A stretch of 64,000 nucleotides of DNA from Raillietiella orientalis (lineage: Eukaryota), in contig JAYWIR010000028.1 in NCBI GenBank assembly GCA_036172245.1, positions 2,294,001 through 2,358,000 on the forward strand, read 5' to 3'. Below are positions 23,870 through 37,524 of the stretch, piece after piece (position 1 is the stretch's first letter; the number at the start of each line of letters is the position of its first letter). Made by a program: the position numbers and the translations under genes. The notes below the pieces were generated by a model that had not been told where the DNA came from, ran no database searches, and saw nothing but the letters and a program-made list of their open reading frames with translations.

Positions 23870-26800
23870 TGTCTTGCCACGAGCCTGCATGCCGTGCGGC
23901 CTTCGGCCGCCGCGAGGCTCGCGCTTCTCCTCCCATTCCTGGACTTGTCCCTCCCACCTCGTCTACGCACGCGCGAGCGCGCCATCTCGCCGAGGTTCCG
24001 CGAACCCTTTGGCTCCCTCCCCCGGGTTCTCTTTCACCGTGAGCGTGTGTCCCGCACCACCACCCCCTTCCTCCCTCCTCGAAAAGCAGGGTGGAGGAGA
24101 AGCAGAGGCTGAAGACCCTTATGTATCTTCACCGTCTGTGGGAGGAGCGGAGGGGAGAAGTCGCTCCTACTACGAGAGCCACTTTCAAGGAAGGAGGCAG
24201 CCGAGGGTGGAAGTCGCATGTGCTCCGAGGGTAGTGGCGATGAAGATCTGCCCGTTCCCTTCCCCTTCTCGGCAGATCGGTGGGGAGGCAGGGAAAAAAG
24301 CGGGAGTCAGCCGCTGCTGCCATCTCTCCCCACTCGTCGGTAGCTTAGCGGCGGCAGCTCCCGCGATCCCCGACAGGGCCGTTCCCCAACGTTCAGGGAG
24401 ATCTCTATCCAACCCATCCCCGGACACAGGCGCTTAGGCGTGGGGAGGCCTGGAGCCCAGTTCTCTTTCCCCTGTCACTCTCTCGCACCGCACCCGGGAG
24501 CGGTGTCTGCCGCATAGGCTGCCGTATGGGCGCTCTCCCCGAGAAAGGAAAGATGTCTGGTTGCCGTGGGAACGGGTCGCGAAGAGAGCGCGTTCTGCAG
24601 CTGCCACTGAGGTCCTGCTGCTCCATCCTAAGGGTGTGCTCGAAGCGAGAGCTCGAGAAGGCGCTCACCTGTTTCTCTGCACGCGAGGGACCTGACCGCT
24701 GCTGAGGGCGGGGGGGCGCGCCACCTGCCCCCCTTGCTCTAGAGGAGACTGCCACTGGCACTGTCTGCGTCACCCTCTCCGTCGTTCCAAAGGAACAGAA
24801 GCATAGGAGGAAAAAAAAAGGAGGGGGGGAGGGACGGCGTTAGGGACGGATCTTCCTCCCCTATTCCCTACAGGACTCATTCAATCCTCCCTTCCCTCGA
24901 TCCTTGATCCTATCCACCGTCGGGAGCGACGATCAGCGTAGCAGCCGCGGCTCCGCCCCCGTCCCCGTGGCGTTGCCGCGACCGGGGAAAGGGAAAAGCA
25001 AAAAGGGCCGCAGCGAGGCGATTCCCGCCGTCCTGCCGGGAGAAACAGAGCTGCATCCGCGGCACCAGGGCAAAAGACCTCTTCCCTCTACATCGCCCAC
25101 TTCCGCTGCCACCACCTTCTCTGAAGGTCGGGGAGGCTTCCCGAGTGGGTCAGAGCTTCTCACCTCCGGCAGTTGCCCGGAAACAACCTTCGGCCTCTGA
25201 TGGATCCTGCGGCGCGGAGGTAGGAGATCGGCGGCACCTGGGATCAGAAGCACCCTGCCTACGCTACTGCCCTCCTCCACCAAGAAAGTGAATCAACCAC
25301 CCCCACCCCCACCTCCTCCTTCTCTTCCGTGCGACGCCCCCTCACGCTCCGAGGCGGGCACGCGCCGGCGCGAGGCTCGGCGCGTGCCCGGCCCGGTCGT
25401 CGGCCGTCTCCTTTCCGCGCAGACGCGCGCGTGCGCGCGGTCGTTCCCTCCCGCCCTCGCGCGCACCCCCCCTTCCCCGCCCCTTTCCCATTCCTCTCTT
25501 TTCCCTGCGGACCCGGGGAACGGTCGTGAGGCTCCGCCTTCACCCGCGGTGCTCTCTGCCGCTGGGCACGTCTGCGCCAGTAGTTCCAGCGGTCAGCGAC
25601 CGCTGCGACCTTCGCAAGGGTCGCGAGCAAACGCAGTCCCGGACCTGAAGCTTGGAGATTGCTCCCGGAGGATGCTAGAGACAGGGAGAGGGAGCTTCCC
25701 TTAGCCCACGGCGGGAGGCTTACCACCGGCCCTTTCAGGAAGGGAAGGACCGTCCGCCCTTCCGATGGCTCCTCCAAGGTGGGGGCGTCTCTTCTGGACA
25801 GCTGGCTACCCCTTCCTCCCTCCCTCCCTCCCACTCCCGGGAAGGGTCCGTGTCCTGCTCAAGCCTTTTCCCTGGGGCCCCTTCCGGGATTCCCGGATCT
25901 TCCATTGCCGGCGCGGTGGGGACGTGCGTTGTCGGCCCTCCAGGTGCCCCCGCGGGATCCCCGAAGAGAGATACGGGAAGGCAGAGGCGCTGGGGAGCAA
26001 TCCTGCCGCGGCGAGCTAATGGGATTTTCCGGAAGAGACGGGATGAAACCGGGAGCGCTTTTTAAAATTTGGAAATTTTCCCTGAAATCTTTGCGGCGGC
26101 TTCCCCGATCCCAAGGGAGCCGTTCCGAAATGCCCGATTTTAAAACTCTGCCGTCGTTTCCGGTTCCCTCCCCCCTTTCCGAGCTCTGTCGCCGCGGCGA
26201 CACATCCGTTCGCGATGTTGCTCTCCTGGAGACGAATCTTGCATCGCCCTGTCCAAAGGCGAGCGGGTTGCCTCAGACCTGTGAGGGAGGGAGCTGTCCC
26301 CAAGCCATCTTTCCCCCTCCGGCAGGAAGCCCCTCCGGAGGGCTCCATGCCCACGGAGGAGAAGGCGTTCCTTCCCCTTCCTTCTTCTCAGCCACCGGGC
26401 CAGAGCCATTTGGGTCCTTCCTTGCGACCTCCTCCTCCTCCTCCTCCAAGAAGGGCTAATGTCACCTGGAACGACCGCTGGAAAGGGCGCTCAGGGCGCG
26501 AGGAGAGGGCAGCCCACTGGAACAAAGCCCCTCACGTCCTAAAGGATGAGCAGGGAACAGCGAACACACGTCGCAAAGGAGGGCCGTCGGCGGCGGAAAT
26601 AGAGAAGAGGGAGACGCTGCGTCCTCCTGCGAAAGGTCAAGGGAGTCTCTTTCTATTAGGCAGAGTCGCAGCCGACCCGAGATGTGGACGGGTCGCTTAA
26701 GCCAGGGTCAATGGGAGGAAGTCTCAGAGGCGGAGAGCCGAGTCAGGTCATCTGGTTCCCTCTGGAAAGGTTGGACCCTTTCTCGACGAGATGACAGGTC

Positions 26801-28234
26801 AGGGAGCTTCCTAGACGCTTTTCTTCCTCTTTTCTTTTCCCCCATCTCCGCCCAAGTGACCCGAAATGGACCGCGGCACAGGAAATTGCACGGCATCCTC
26901 CATCTTTTGTCGCGAGGCGCTCGCTCGCCATGGCACGCCGTGCCGCTCGCCTCGCGTGGAGATCCAGCGACCCCGAAAACAGCGTTCTGTGAAAAAGGTC
27001 GGGTCCGCTCCCGACCCCTGCCATGCTGGGGGCTCCTCGTGAGGAACTGTAGTTGTCGGTCCGCATTAAGAAAACGTACGATCCGCAGCGTGTATACGCA
27101 CGGAGAGGAATGTATACGCGTGCGCATGGGGTGGAATCGTGCGAGGTGACCTGGACTCCCTAGAGGTCGGGAGGTCGTTCCGAGATGCGCCCCGATGAGG
27201 AAGATTTCCGGGTGGAAGCTGCCAAGAAGAAGAGACGTCCTCCTGCGTTCGCCGCTCTGGTGAGCATCGAAAGCTGAGCCTCCTCGACCTCGAGTCGAAC
27301 GGGAGCGCCGCTTTCGATCCACCGCCCTCGGCGGCCCCGTCTTCGCACTTCGCCCTTCTTTTGCATCATCCCCATGACCTCTTTCTGGCATGTCAGCCCT
27401 GAGGAGACGGGGGGCGTGTTTTGCCCGGAAGGCTTGGAGAGGCGGCACCGGCTGCCCCACCCTGCCGCATGGTCTGCTTGAGGCTGCCGCGGAAAGTAGG
27501 CCGCTGGGAAGAGCGGCAAAGTCGAGGTGTTCCGCTCGTCCTGCGCCCCGCGCGATTAGAGGCACCACCGAGAGAGCACTGGTCGTCCTTTCTGGCGCGA
27601 CCTGGGCAAGGTCGCTGCTCTCCCCTTCCTTCCCTCACCTCCAAACCAGAGCGCAACAAGGAAACGGCGACGGAGGATGCACAGGTAGGGAACATCTGCT
27701 AGATACTACCTACGGAAACTTCCCGCAGGGACATCTGCTTCCAGAACAGCGCCGGACGGTCCCGCTTGTCTGCGGGATCGTCAATGGCGAGCGCGTTTCA
27801 GCACAGAAGGTACGAGAAACAGCTGATGATGGTGTCAACACAACACAATCTTCCGTTGCCAACGTGTCGGACTGGCGTTTTATGCGGGGAGCGTAAGGGA
27901 GCAGTGCAAGCAGCTGACGTCCCTTCCCCCCTCTCGAATGACCATCCGGAAAAGTGAAGCAGCAGGAGGCGGCTGCACCTTTCGGGACACAGTTGCCGAA
28001 GCGCGTCCAGGTAGGCGCTGCTGTAGGTAAGGTGACCTTCTGGCCACTCTCCACCAAGAGCGACAGCTTCTGTAGCTCCTCCCGGTTAACCGGGCGACGG
28101 GGTGGAGAGCGGCCATCTCTGGCTAAATGCCGGCGAGATTCGACGGAGTCACCCTTCTTGTGCAGCACGCTCGAAGCCAGGAATGAGCTGCCCTGGCGCA
28201 CTCCATCCATGGTGGTAGCCTGAGTGGGGTATCA

Positions 28235-28440
28235 ACAACATGCCGTATCATATGTAGAATGGTATTCACATGTGTGCATGTGTACACATGCGTATACTTC
28301 CAGATATGCATCCCATGCACACGTACACGTGCACGTGCGCGTATACATAAACATGTGTGTACATATGCTCACATGTGTAGACATATGTGTATGTAGTCAT
28401 GTACGTACACGCATGGAAATCATATGTACACGCGCACGAA
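28235..28440. repeat. Degenerate alternating purine-pyrimidine microsatellite (ACAT/ATGT/GTAC/CATG units)
   Basis: For example cacatgtgtgcatgtgtacacatgcgtatac and catgtgtgtacatatg. Confidence 0.9.
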
Positions 28441-29179
28441 GGATTGCAGCCCTCTGGCCTCAGCTTCCCTTACCTGGTTGGAAGACTTTTCAGTACCCTC
28501 GAGCTCTTAGAAACTGTACATTTAGTGTATGAAGAAACGCCCACAGACGTGTACCTTCGACTAGCTGCTCTTTCCGGCTCGTGAATCAGCAAAGGTCTAT
28601 TACCAACTTCTATTTCCACGGGACACCGCTCTTGGGTTTCAAAGCAGCTCTTCCCTGTTGCAGGTTACCAAGCGGCAGCCTCGTCCTTGTGTATCATCCG
28701 TAAATCTTCCCTGAAGCTTCTCTGCTCCTTCCCGGACTTGCAGGGAGAACCGGCCGCACTGCAAATACAGTTCCGTCAGCTGGCACTCTGCGTCGAGTCG
28801 TGGACTTCCTCATGGTGTGAGCCAGCTCGTGTCATCCTTCGGCGACGCTCCGACAGCTGCCGCGCGGTAGGAATAGGGTGACCGAGTTTGGCTCCCTACC
28901 TCAGGCATCTCTCCTCACCCCTGAGGCGAGGGAGGAGGCGTTGGAGTCCCGGGTCCCCTTTCCAGCAGTGCGCCAAGAGGAACTTCGTTTTCCTCAGCGG
29001 GACTCTCCTCTGCGACCAGCTGGGAGATGTCCGGCAAGACTCGACGAAGTGGCAGCCGTCTCGCCCTTTGCAGCAGCGCTGTCTACCCTCAGGGAAAACG
29101 ATGGCAGCAGCCAACCGGAGGGTGTGAGTTGCCCAGAACGACTGCAAGAGCGTCGAGAAACTCCTGGACCACTGCAGTG

Positions 29180-29325
29180 ACGAACGAGTTGGCGAACTTC
29201 ACACTCGGTACTCCTCGTTCCTGGGCGAAGCGGCTGCTTCAGTGGAGCGACCTTTTGAGTGGTCCCTCCCTGTGTGAGGATACCTCCGTGATCCCCCTGC
29301 GTAGGAAACGGGATGCCCTGCTATT
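29180..29325 (+). mobile_element. Possible relic of a hAT transposase C-terminal dimerisation domain
   Basis: ELANFTLGTP, then after a frameshift ASVERPF (29236-29256), then VIPLRRKRDAL. This resembles LA...L..P.SSA.VER.FS....T..R..L. No TIRs found. Confidence 0.25.
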
Positions 29326-32300
29326 CCAAGACCCAGTGCAATCAGCTCGGGCACCTGGTTTCCGGAAGATCTGCCTCCCCGAACTGCCCCAAGGGCGGGG
29401 AAGTCGGATCGTTACCACTTGGCCTTTGCTTCCTCGGCGCTCCGTCACCTTGAGTGTACCGCGTCGCACCTGATGCAGAGTTTCTTCACCCAGGGCCTAT
29501 CGCGACGAGATGCTGCACCCGTGCCATTGTCGCAGTCCAGTACGCGACGGAGATGGCAGCGAAGGGAGGTCACTAGCGTGGCAACCACCTTGGTGAGGAC
29601 GTCTGCAAGGTGGCCCCGCCCGCATGAAGAAGAAGTCGCTAGGGAGATGGCCAGCATCAAGAGCCAGCTCTAGGGAGAAAGAAGCAGCTGAAACCTAAGA
29701 CCCCTGTCCCTACTCTCCTTCCCTTTTTTACTTTATTTATCCCTCCCTCGCCTTGCTCCTGACTCCCTGCAGGTGGTCATCCCCAGTGAACTTCCTTTCG
29801 TTGTCGCTGCTTTTCTTTTATTTGGGAGACTCTGTCCCCTCTGCCTTGCAGTTTATTTATTTTTAAATATACATTTCTGCGTGAGCAGGTTCAACCCATT
29901 CACCAGGATTCTTCCTGTAGGATTGCAGGCCTCCGTTCCTGTGGTGGCTCATTTCGGAGGAGGTCGCACTGGCAGCCTTCTCTGGTCGCTCGTCAGGAGC
30001 GTGGCTGCGTTGTCTTGCTGTCCCGTCCTTTGGTGCCTCTGTGACGGCGCCTCGTTCCCTGGGGAATGGACGGCGTCTGGACGGAGCGTCATAGAATCAT
30101 GCAGGGCGCCATGGGCTGGTGATCCTCCAACGGACCCGCTGTCGCATGGAACTTGTGGGCGCGCAATAACGCACCCCTCTCACGCCATCCAAGTCCGTTT
30201 TCAGAGGTCATCCGGGGCAGTTCCCAGGCATCAGAAGGTGATGTTACAGTGACCACCTCGACAGCTTCCCCTCGGCGCTCTCCGAACGCGTCCCCTGCCT
30301 GTCCACTTCGGCGTCCTCCCAATAATTCTCCTGTGGTCTGCCTGAATGTCGATTGCAGCTCTCACCTTGATTTTCCTGATAGGGAATTGGGAAGTCGAGA
30401 AGGAACCTCCCCGAGGGAATCATGTTTGCTCCCGCTTTGCCCTTCTTCCAGGTGCTTTCGCATGGATTCAGGGGGATCGAATTCACTTACGCTCTCTCCT
30501 CATCCCGGAAGCGAGACACTCTTCTTTCACGGCTTTCCCAAGACGCAGCATGTGACCTTTCCCTTGCGGGGCAGAAGGATAGGGAAGAGCGAGGGAGTCG
30601 GGGAGGGGAATCAGGAGCAACCGTCCCCAAGCGGAAGGGGTGGGTCGCTCGTGTCCGTGCACTCTGTAGTTCCTTGAGGCGTTCCCTGCGCAAGCGAACC
30701 AGTCACGACCAATGGGAGCGCGGCGCGCGCAAGCAGTCCAAGCGGCAGCTTCCCTTTTCCTGTACCCGGCTTCCTCACGCAGCGAGGTTCCTCCGCGCGA
30801 CCAAACCGTCGCCGGGCACCGCCCCCGCCGCGCGTCCCAGGAAAGAGCTCGAGAGCCACCGGGGAGCCCGGCTTGCACAGGAAGTCTCTGTGCAGCGGAG
30901 GTCGCTTCCGCTCTCACTGCAGAGGATCGACTGGACTTCGCTCACCCGTTTCCCGGAAAACTGTAAGCGGAGCGACCTCTGGCCCGCTCGGAGGCTCTCT
31001 GGTCGCGAAAGCAGCATACTGCGAACCTTCAGGGACGTTCTCCAGCATCCAGGGGAAGCTGGTGGTCGCCTCCTCTACTTGTGTCTGGGCAGTTCCGTGC
31101 TCCCCCTCCTGGAGCAGAAGACCACAGTCCCATCCCGTCCCGGACACGCCCACTCAACGGGCTCCGCTGTCACGTGATGGAACGGGAGGGAGGAGTCAAG
31201 CTTTCCCGAACCGTGGGAGGTGCGAACTGGAGGAGTCCATCTCAAGCCTCGTGCTGGACCTCTCCAGAGACCTCCACCGGAACAGCAGCCCCGCGAGTCT
31301 CGCGAAGGCGACATCAATTCCCTCTGACCGCAGTAGAGGTCGCCACCGTACGCCATCGTCCTCATCGGCCGACGGCTGAAGGCCGGAAGGACCGGCACCT
31401 CCGGGAGAGCAACGCCTCTGTGCCCTTTATCCGCACGTGGATGGTCGTTCATCCGAAGTTGCCGCAGAGCTCCTGGGTCGCCTCGGAGACCGAGGCCACT
31501 GCTCAGCAGAGTGGGGAGCGAACGGGCGGCACGGTCCGCGCACCGACAATCGCGGCTTCTCTCCCGCGAGTTCATTTCTCTCGAGCCCTCCGCGAAGTTC
31601 CTGCTCTTGGGAGAGGCTGGGCGTCGATCGGAGCCATGGATGGCAGTGGTTCATCGCACCAGACCTCTCCCTTTAGCCGCCTTCCCTTCTCAGGCCCGTC
31701 TCGGGTCCTTTCGGCAGGCGAGGGTAGACCTTCCCCCTGCCAGAGAGTCGACTCTCCCTCTTCGCTGGAGCGCGCGCGGGCTAATCATCGGCTGATGAGC
31801 CCCGAGAGAACGGAGACGCGACCAGTGCGCTTGCGCGCTCGCCCGCAGCCGCCGAAGGCCGAGCGGCGAGCGACACGGCGTGGCGGCTGCAGACGCGCTC
31901 TCGGCTGGGAACGGCGAGCCGTGCGTCGTCGCGGGACCGTCGAAGGGCGTGCGCACGCTCGTGAGCCAGGAGCTCCGAACGCTTGCACGTCGGTCCCACG
32001 GAGCACCCGCAGCTCGTCTCGCGCGCGCCCACATGTGCGGGCGGTCGCAGGCGCCCTTGGCTGCTGGAGTATGCGCTTCCCTTCCAAAGGAACAGCACTG
32101 TCATCATTAATCATTAATTTTCGTGTTCGTGACACTCCAACCTGCTCGTCACCTTGAGAGTTCCATCCTCCTCCTCTCTTACACAGCAATGTTCCCCGCG
32201 GAGGACCAACAAGAGACCGGCCAGAAAGCGGGAACTTAGAGGAATTCTCTTGGATTCGGCCAGCAAGCGGACGACGGGATCGCCTCTTTCCGGAAAGAAG

Positions 32301-33419
32301 GAGCGGCCTTTTTCTAGGAGTGGCGTGCTGCGTGCGAGTCTGATGGCTCCTCGAGACGTTCCCAGCAGGGGGGAGGGAGGATGGGCAGGCTGGACCTGAC
32401 TGTGCGAAAAGCAGGTTGGGGTGAGCGGGGGGCCGAAAGAGCGGATCGTCCGCCGTCGAACGCCCGGGAAGTGCGTGCCACCGTGGTCGCTCCCGGCCTG
32501 ACGTTCGCTTCCTTCTCATCGCGGAAGGAGAAAGCGGGCGCGTGCTGAAGGCATCCCGTAAGAGGCCACTGCGCCGATCTCGCGCAGCTCGCTCTGGATT
32601 CAAAAAATGAAGTAGGAAACATCAGGGGAAGGGAGATCAAAGGTCACCGAGTTGCGGTGACATGCGGAAGAAGTTGCGCGCCTGGTTGTCCAGGAACCGC
32701 CATCTCCTCGCTCCCCGAAGCGGACGTGGCGGCGACTGCTGCCGGCTCTGGAAAAATGCGGTCCCAGGGAGCGCCGCCACCAAGCACGCAACGCGACACC
32801 GCAGTCTGCGCATAGATCTGGTCAGACCCTGCGGTCTCGACGAACCTCCGCGAGTTCCGGCGACGAGAATGAAAGCGCTCGAGGAGCCACGAAGAACGAG
32901 GGCTCGCTTTTGCTTCTTTGCAGACGGTGGACCTGGTCCCCTTCTTCATCGCCCTTTGGAACTTTCTTACGAGAAGAGAGTGGGTTGGGACTCGAGCGCT
33001 AAGCCGGCCCTTCATCAGGATCACCTGACCTCGGTCCGAACCGCCAGACATCGAAGGCAGCAGTGCCGCGGGGGGGATTCGCCGCACAGGCGAGTGCAGA
33101 CAGGCCGAGTGCCGAGTCGTGCCATACAACGAAGGGTCGGAACGGAGGAATTCGGCTCGACTGCCCTCCAGATTGTAGTCCTGGAAACCGAGCAGAACGA
33201 GGAGCCCAGAAGGACAGGCATATTGAGGAGGGAAACGTGGGGACAACCCAGAGCCGCCCCTGCAAACCGTTCAACAGGATTGCCGGGGGCAATTGAAGCC
33301 ACCGAGATTTTCCGGGGTGAGGGAGGGGTAAAGGAAGTGGATGCCGGAGAGGAGCTGCATCTAGAGGAATGCAGGGTCTCCATTTGCATTCCCACTCTTT
33401 CCCTTGGCTTGATACATTG

Positions 33420-33645
33420 AGCAGAAACATTCCTTCCTTGAGAGCTCCTCCTCCTCCATGTCCGACGTCTGGAACATTCGTAGGTTTTTTCAACGTATCC
33501 AGAGGCGGGGTCACGTCCCTTCTGATGTCGACTGTCAAGGTCAGAGACTGAGAGGAAACGACTCCTCGAGCTTCAAGAACGACTTGATCTCCGTTGCCTT
33601 TCGCGTGTGCGTTGTGTGCAACTCCCGACGCCCAGAGGTCAGCCA
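33420..33645 (-). mobile_element. Possible decayed AP-endonuclease fragment
   Basis: LWASGVAHNAHAKG (cf. WSGV....AK.GV) and KPTN. Weak. Confidence 0.3.
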
Positions 33646-36600
33646 CAGGAAGCTGCGGGTCATTTTTTTCTCCCGTCCTTTCCTTTTCTCTTCTCGAGCT
33701 GCCACCTTTTTCTATGCAGCGGGAGCGTTCGTGACGACGGCGGCGACCAGTCTGAGGAGCCCCGCGTCGGAGGAACGGGAGTGGGCGAGAATCCGGGGCG
33801 GAAGCGAGGGCGCGCCGTCCGGCCCCGCCCTAGGAGAGAGAGGAAGGGGGAGAGGGGGAAAGTTCTCCTTCTCCTCTCCAGCCCCCTCTGCACATGCGGA
33901 CGACTAGCCACCCTCCCCGGAGCGCAAGGAGCAGGCATCCATCCAACCCGCCGCAAGGGATGGCCGCAGGGCGTCCACCGGCGGAGGAGCGGCAGCAGGC
34001 ACGCGCCACCAATGAGAGGCCGGTGTCAGAGAGGCAGAGGGGGGAAAAGGAGGAAAATTTTGCATGCGTCCAACATCCTTTCCTCCTTCCACGCCCTCAC
34101 TGTCACCCTCACCCTTTTTTCCACTCCCTCTTGGTGCTATTCCTCTTGAACCACCACATGCGGTTATCCCTTAGGTGCCCGTCAGCAGCCCTGCAAATCC
34201 CATCACTCTGATCGCTCCTTGACGATCCTCCAAGCTCCAGGTGTCCGACGAGCTCCGGGCTCTGACGCGCCTCGCCCGGTGGCACGCTCTAGGCAAGAGC
34301 CTTGTCTTGCCCTCAGTACCCGTGGTCAAACGGGTGAGTGTCCACGGAGATCGACGAGGCGGCCTCGAAGCGCTTGCTGTGCGCGAGTCCGGGAGAGCGA
34401 GTGGAGGACGGTGGTCCCCACTAAGGTGCTAGCGCGAATGATACCCAACCCCCGGGACAGAGGGCTCTCCTGGGGACCAGCGCGTGCTGCTGCTTCTTCC
34501 CTTTGTCCATCTCCAGCCACCTACCCCTCTTTTCGGTGCCCTCGCGAGGTTATTTGGAATGCCCTGAGGCTGTTGAAGGGGCCTGGGTCGCGCGCAGAGG
34601 AGACTCGCTCTCCCTCCTAGGACCGTGAAGAGGGGGAGGCGGGTAACTGCCGCGTCACGCCAGGAAACGCTCTGCACGTGCAATGACCTCCGATAAAAGG
34701 CCTCGCGCGCGAGTTTCCGGGAATGGGTCCCACAGACCGGGGCTAGAGGGAGAGCCCGAGGGCACGGGTAGACGGACAGCCGCCTACGAGCAGCAGCAAT
34801 CTATCGCGCTAATCCCCGGTAATGGATCGCAGGACTGCCGCCGGCTGGCCTTGCCCTTGCTCGGGCGTGGTCACGACGCGAGGGGCAAATTGCCCCTTCT
34901 TCCGACTGTTCCTCTCCTGGCCTCCCCTGGGGCCGTTTCTTCGCGCGGAAGTTGCGGGACGGAAGGGCCGAACCCGCCGTTGATCGACTGCGCAGAGATG
35001 GACAGAATTCTCCGCGCTTGTGCCCTCGATATCCCGGGGGAGGGAACTGGAGGGATGGAGGGGATCCGTGGATCTCTCCTTTGACCGAGCCCGCCCTCGC
35101 TTCTTTCGGAACTCGAAAAAATGGGGAAAGAAAAAAAAATGCGTCTGGACCACGGAACACTGATAGAGCTGCACCCTCCCTTCCTTCTTTCTGTTCTGGA
35201 CGCATCTGGACTAGCCACGCTTGCTACAGAGAAATCCCACGAGCCACCTTCTCGATCTCCCTGGGGACATCGAGGAACTGGAGACGAGGAATGGTCCGGA
35301 GGCTGCGAGCGGCAAGTCCGCTCTCGTCTCCCTCTCTTCTTCGTTTGCCCCGCCTCGTCCCGCCTCTCGCCTGACTCCCTAGGAGGAGGAGACCGCCCTG
35401 CTTGCACGCTGCTCGACCCTCTCACGCGTTCCTGACCACCTCGGGGCTCCCCCTCTGGCTCCTGCGAGCTCTGTGGAAGAGTGAAAGGAGATCTGTTTGC
35501 CGTGGTTCAGATGCATTTTTTTGGTTTTTTTTATCGACGGAGGAGTAAAGCAGGGAGAGAGAGGAGAGGAAGGAGGTCTGTCCGGGCAAGGAAGATGGGG
35601 AGGATGGAGAGGGCAGAGGGAAGTAGGGCTGATAGGTTCAGAGCGCGCGTTCACGCCGATGGACGCCGCCGTGGCTCTTCCACTCAGGGGCAGGAGAGGT
35701 CAAGTGCTCTCTTCCCCGCTTGCCCGCCTCGCCTCCCCCTACCGGCACCGGGGCGGGGCGGCAGCAGGAGGCAGGTCTGCTTGGTGGAAGAGAGGACGCG
35801 GGGGAAGGAGGACGAGCGACGACAGCAGCCTCCCGTTACTCCGGCGGCACCCGCTAAAACTCTCCAGTGCAGCAGAGGTTCCCCTGCCCGCGGGATACCG
35901 GCGGGTTTCCTTCGAGTCCGATAGGCGTCATCCCTCTTTCCTTTCTTTCCGATTCCCTTCCTCCCTCCCCATTCCTCCTGAAGTTCCAACGAGTCCTGGA
36001 GAGCCGCCTCCCATTCTCCCCAACCTTTGGAGGGACCCCTCCTCCCGCGGCTTCCCTCGTGCTCCTAGTGGCACAACGGAGAATCCCCTGATGAATGGGA
36101 AGAGCTGGGATGCGCACGTACCCTAGCGCCTACCAGAGATCGCCAGAGAAGAGTCGCGGATAGGGTCCTCAGAGAGGTGCGACTTGGCGTCGGGACGTCT
36201 AGTCGTGCCAATGGGCGTGCAAGTTCGGCAAGCAGGTGAGCCGTCGGGTGGCGAAGGGAAGCAAACGGGGAGAAAGAGAGAGAGCGGCGGGGGTGAACGC
36301 ATATTCTGAGCCGCAAACTCTACACTTTGCCCCTTCCCTCATGGTCCCGCTACTCCCAGTCGGGAAACCTGTCACCAGGGATTCGTTCGTCTCGAAAGCG
36401 TGTGAGAGAGGGAGGTTCCAGGGCGGTACGAGGTCACGTTGCCAAGCACCTGCTCTCGTGAGGCCACGCGTGTTGCGTACTGCGTTCCTTCCCAGGGTAC
36501 AGGCTGTTGGTCATAGGACCAGAGCGATAAGGCAGACCCTCCTCTGATTAGGATCACTGCTTGAGGGGAAAGAAGGGAGGAAGGAAAAGGGTGGCACCGC

Positions 36601-37524
36601 TGTGACCGCAGGAACGGTGGAAGGGAAGGCGCGCTCTAGTGAGACTACGCGGAAGTGCCCTTTCCGTTTGCCTCGACGCCGCCGCAGGGGCCAAGTCTCT
36701 TCGGCTCCGCCTGTTCCAGAGCGCGAGATAGCAGCAGAGCGACATGTTCTTCGCCATCGCTCCTCCAGAGGCTCTCTAGGCAGCTGGAGGTTCCCGAGAA
36801 GGTCAAAGGGGAGGGAGGAGAAGGAAGCACAGCTTCTCCTCTTGGCGACTTTTCGGGAGCGTCAGGAAAACCAACTGCGAAGGAATCCGGAGGACAAACA
36901 CATGCTGGACGAAGGGAGAGCGATCGTCCTCCCCACCGGGGCACGAGAGAGGCCGTCCCGCTCGCGAGGAGGAGGCTCTCGGCTCCCGTCCGGGTTGGAG
37001 CCCAGCAGAGCGGGAGCTCGTGACCACCTTGAGTCCCCTGTTCGGCACCAGACTGGACTGTCGCTCTTCCGAAGCGCAGTCGCCGCCGGCCGCTCGTCAG
37101 AGCAGAGAGAACCCTCGTCTGACGAAGAGGGTGACTCCTTTTAGTTACATGCGTCCACCCTTGCTGCCGGAGGGAACGAGTATCGAAAACGACCTGATCT
37201 CGGAGGAGCAGATTTCCAATGGGGTCTTAAGGGAGCGAGAAGAAAGGAGGGTGGGGATAGGGGCAAAACCGAGTTTGGCTGCCAGCGATCACGGCAGAAC
37301 GGTGATCCTTCGGGAACCGTGCCGCGTGCCTGGTGGCTCCGGAAGAACTCGCTCCCCAGCGGTCTTCCCTCGGGCGAATCCCGAGCGCGCGCGACTTCCC
37401 AACACAGAAGCCGTCCTCGCATTAGAGCTTCCGCTTTCTGGCCTTTTGTTCCGGGACGGAATCCCGGAAGCCCCGTCGGCTCTGACTCTCCCGGTGTGCC
37501 GCCAGGTGGTGTTAGTATCTCCCG

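Noticed and set aside
28123..28584. His/Cys/Val-rich ORFs (metal-binding-like)
   Set aside because: Translations of the ACAT/ATGT microsatellite.
31081..32157. 358-aa ORF and similar 250-320 aa ORFs (e.g. 19317-20261, 39902-40861, 23556-24437)
   Set aside because: Overlapping ORFs occur in most frames, there are no motifs, and the composition reflects GC content.
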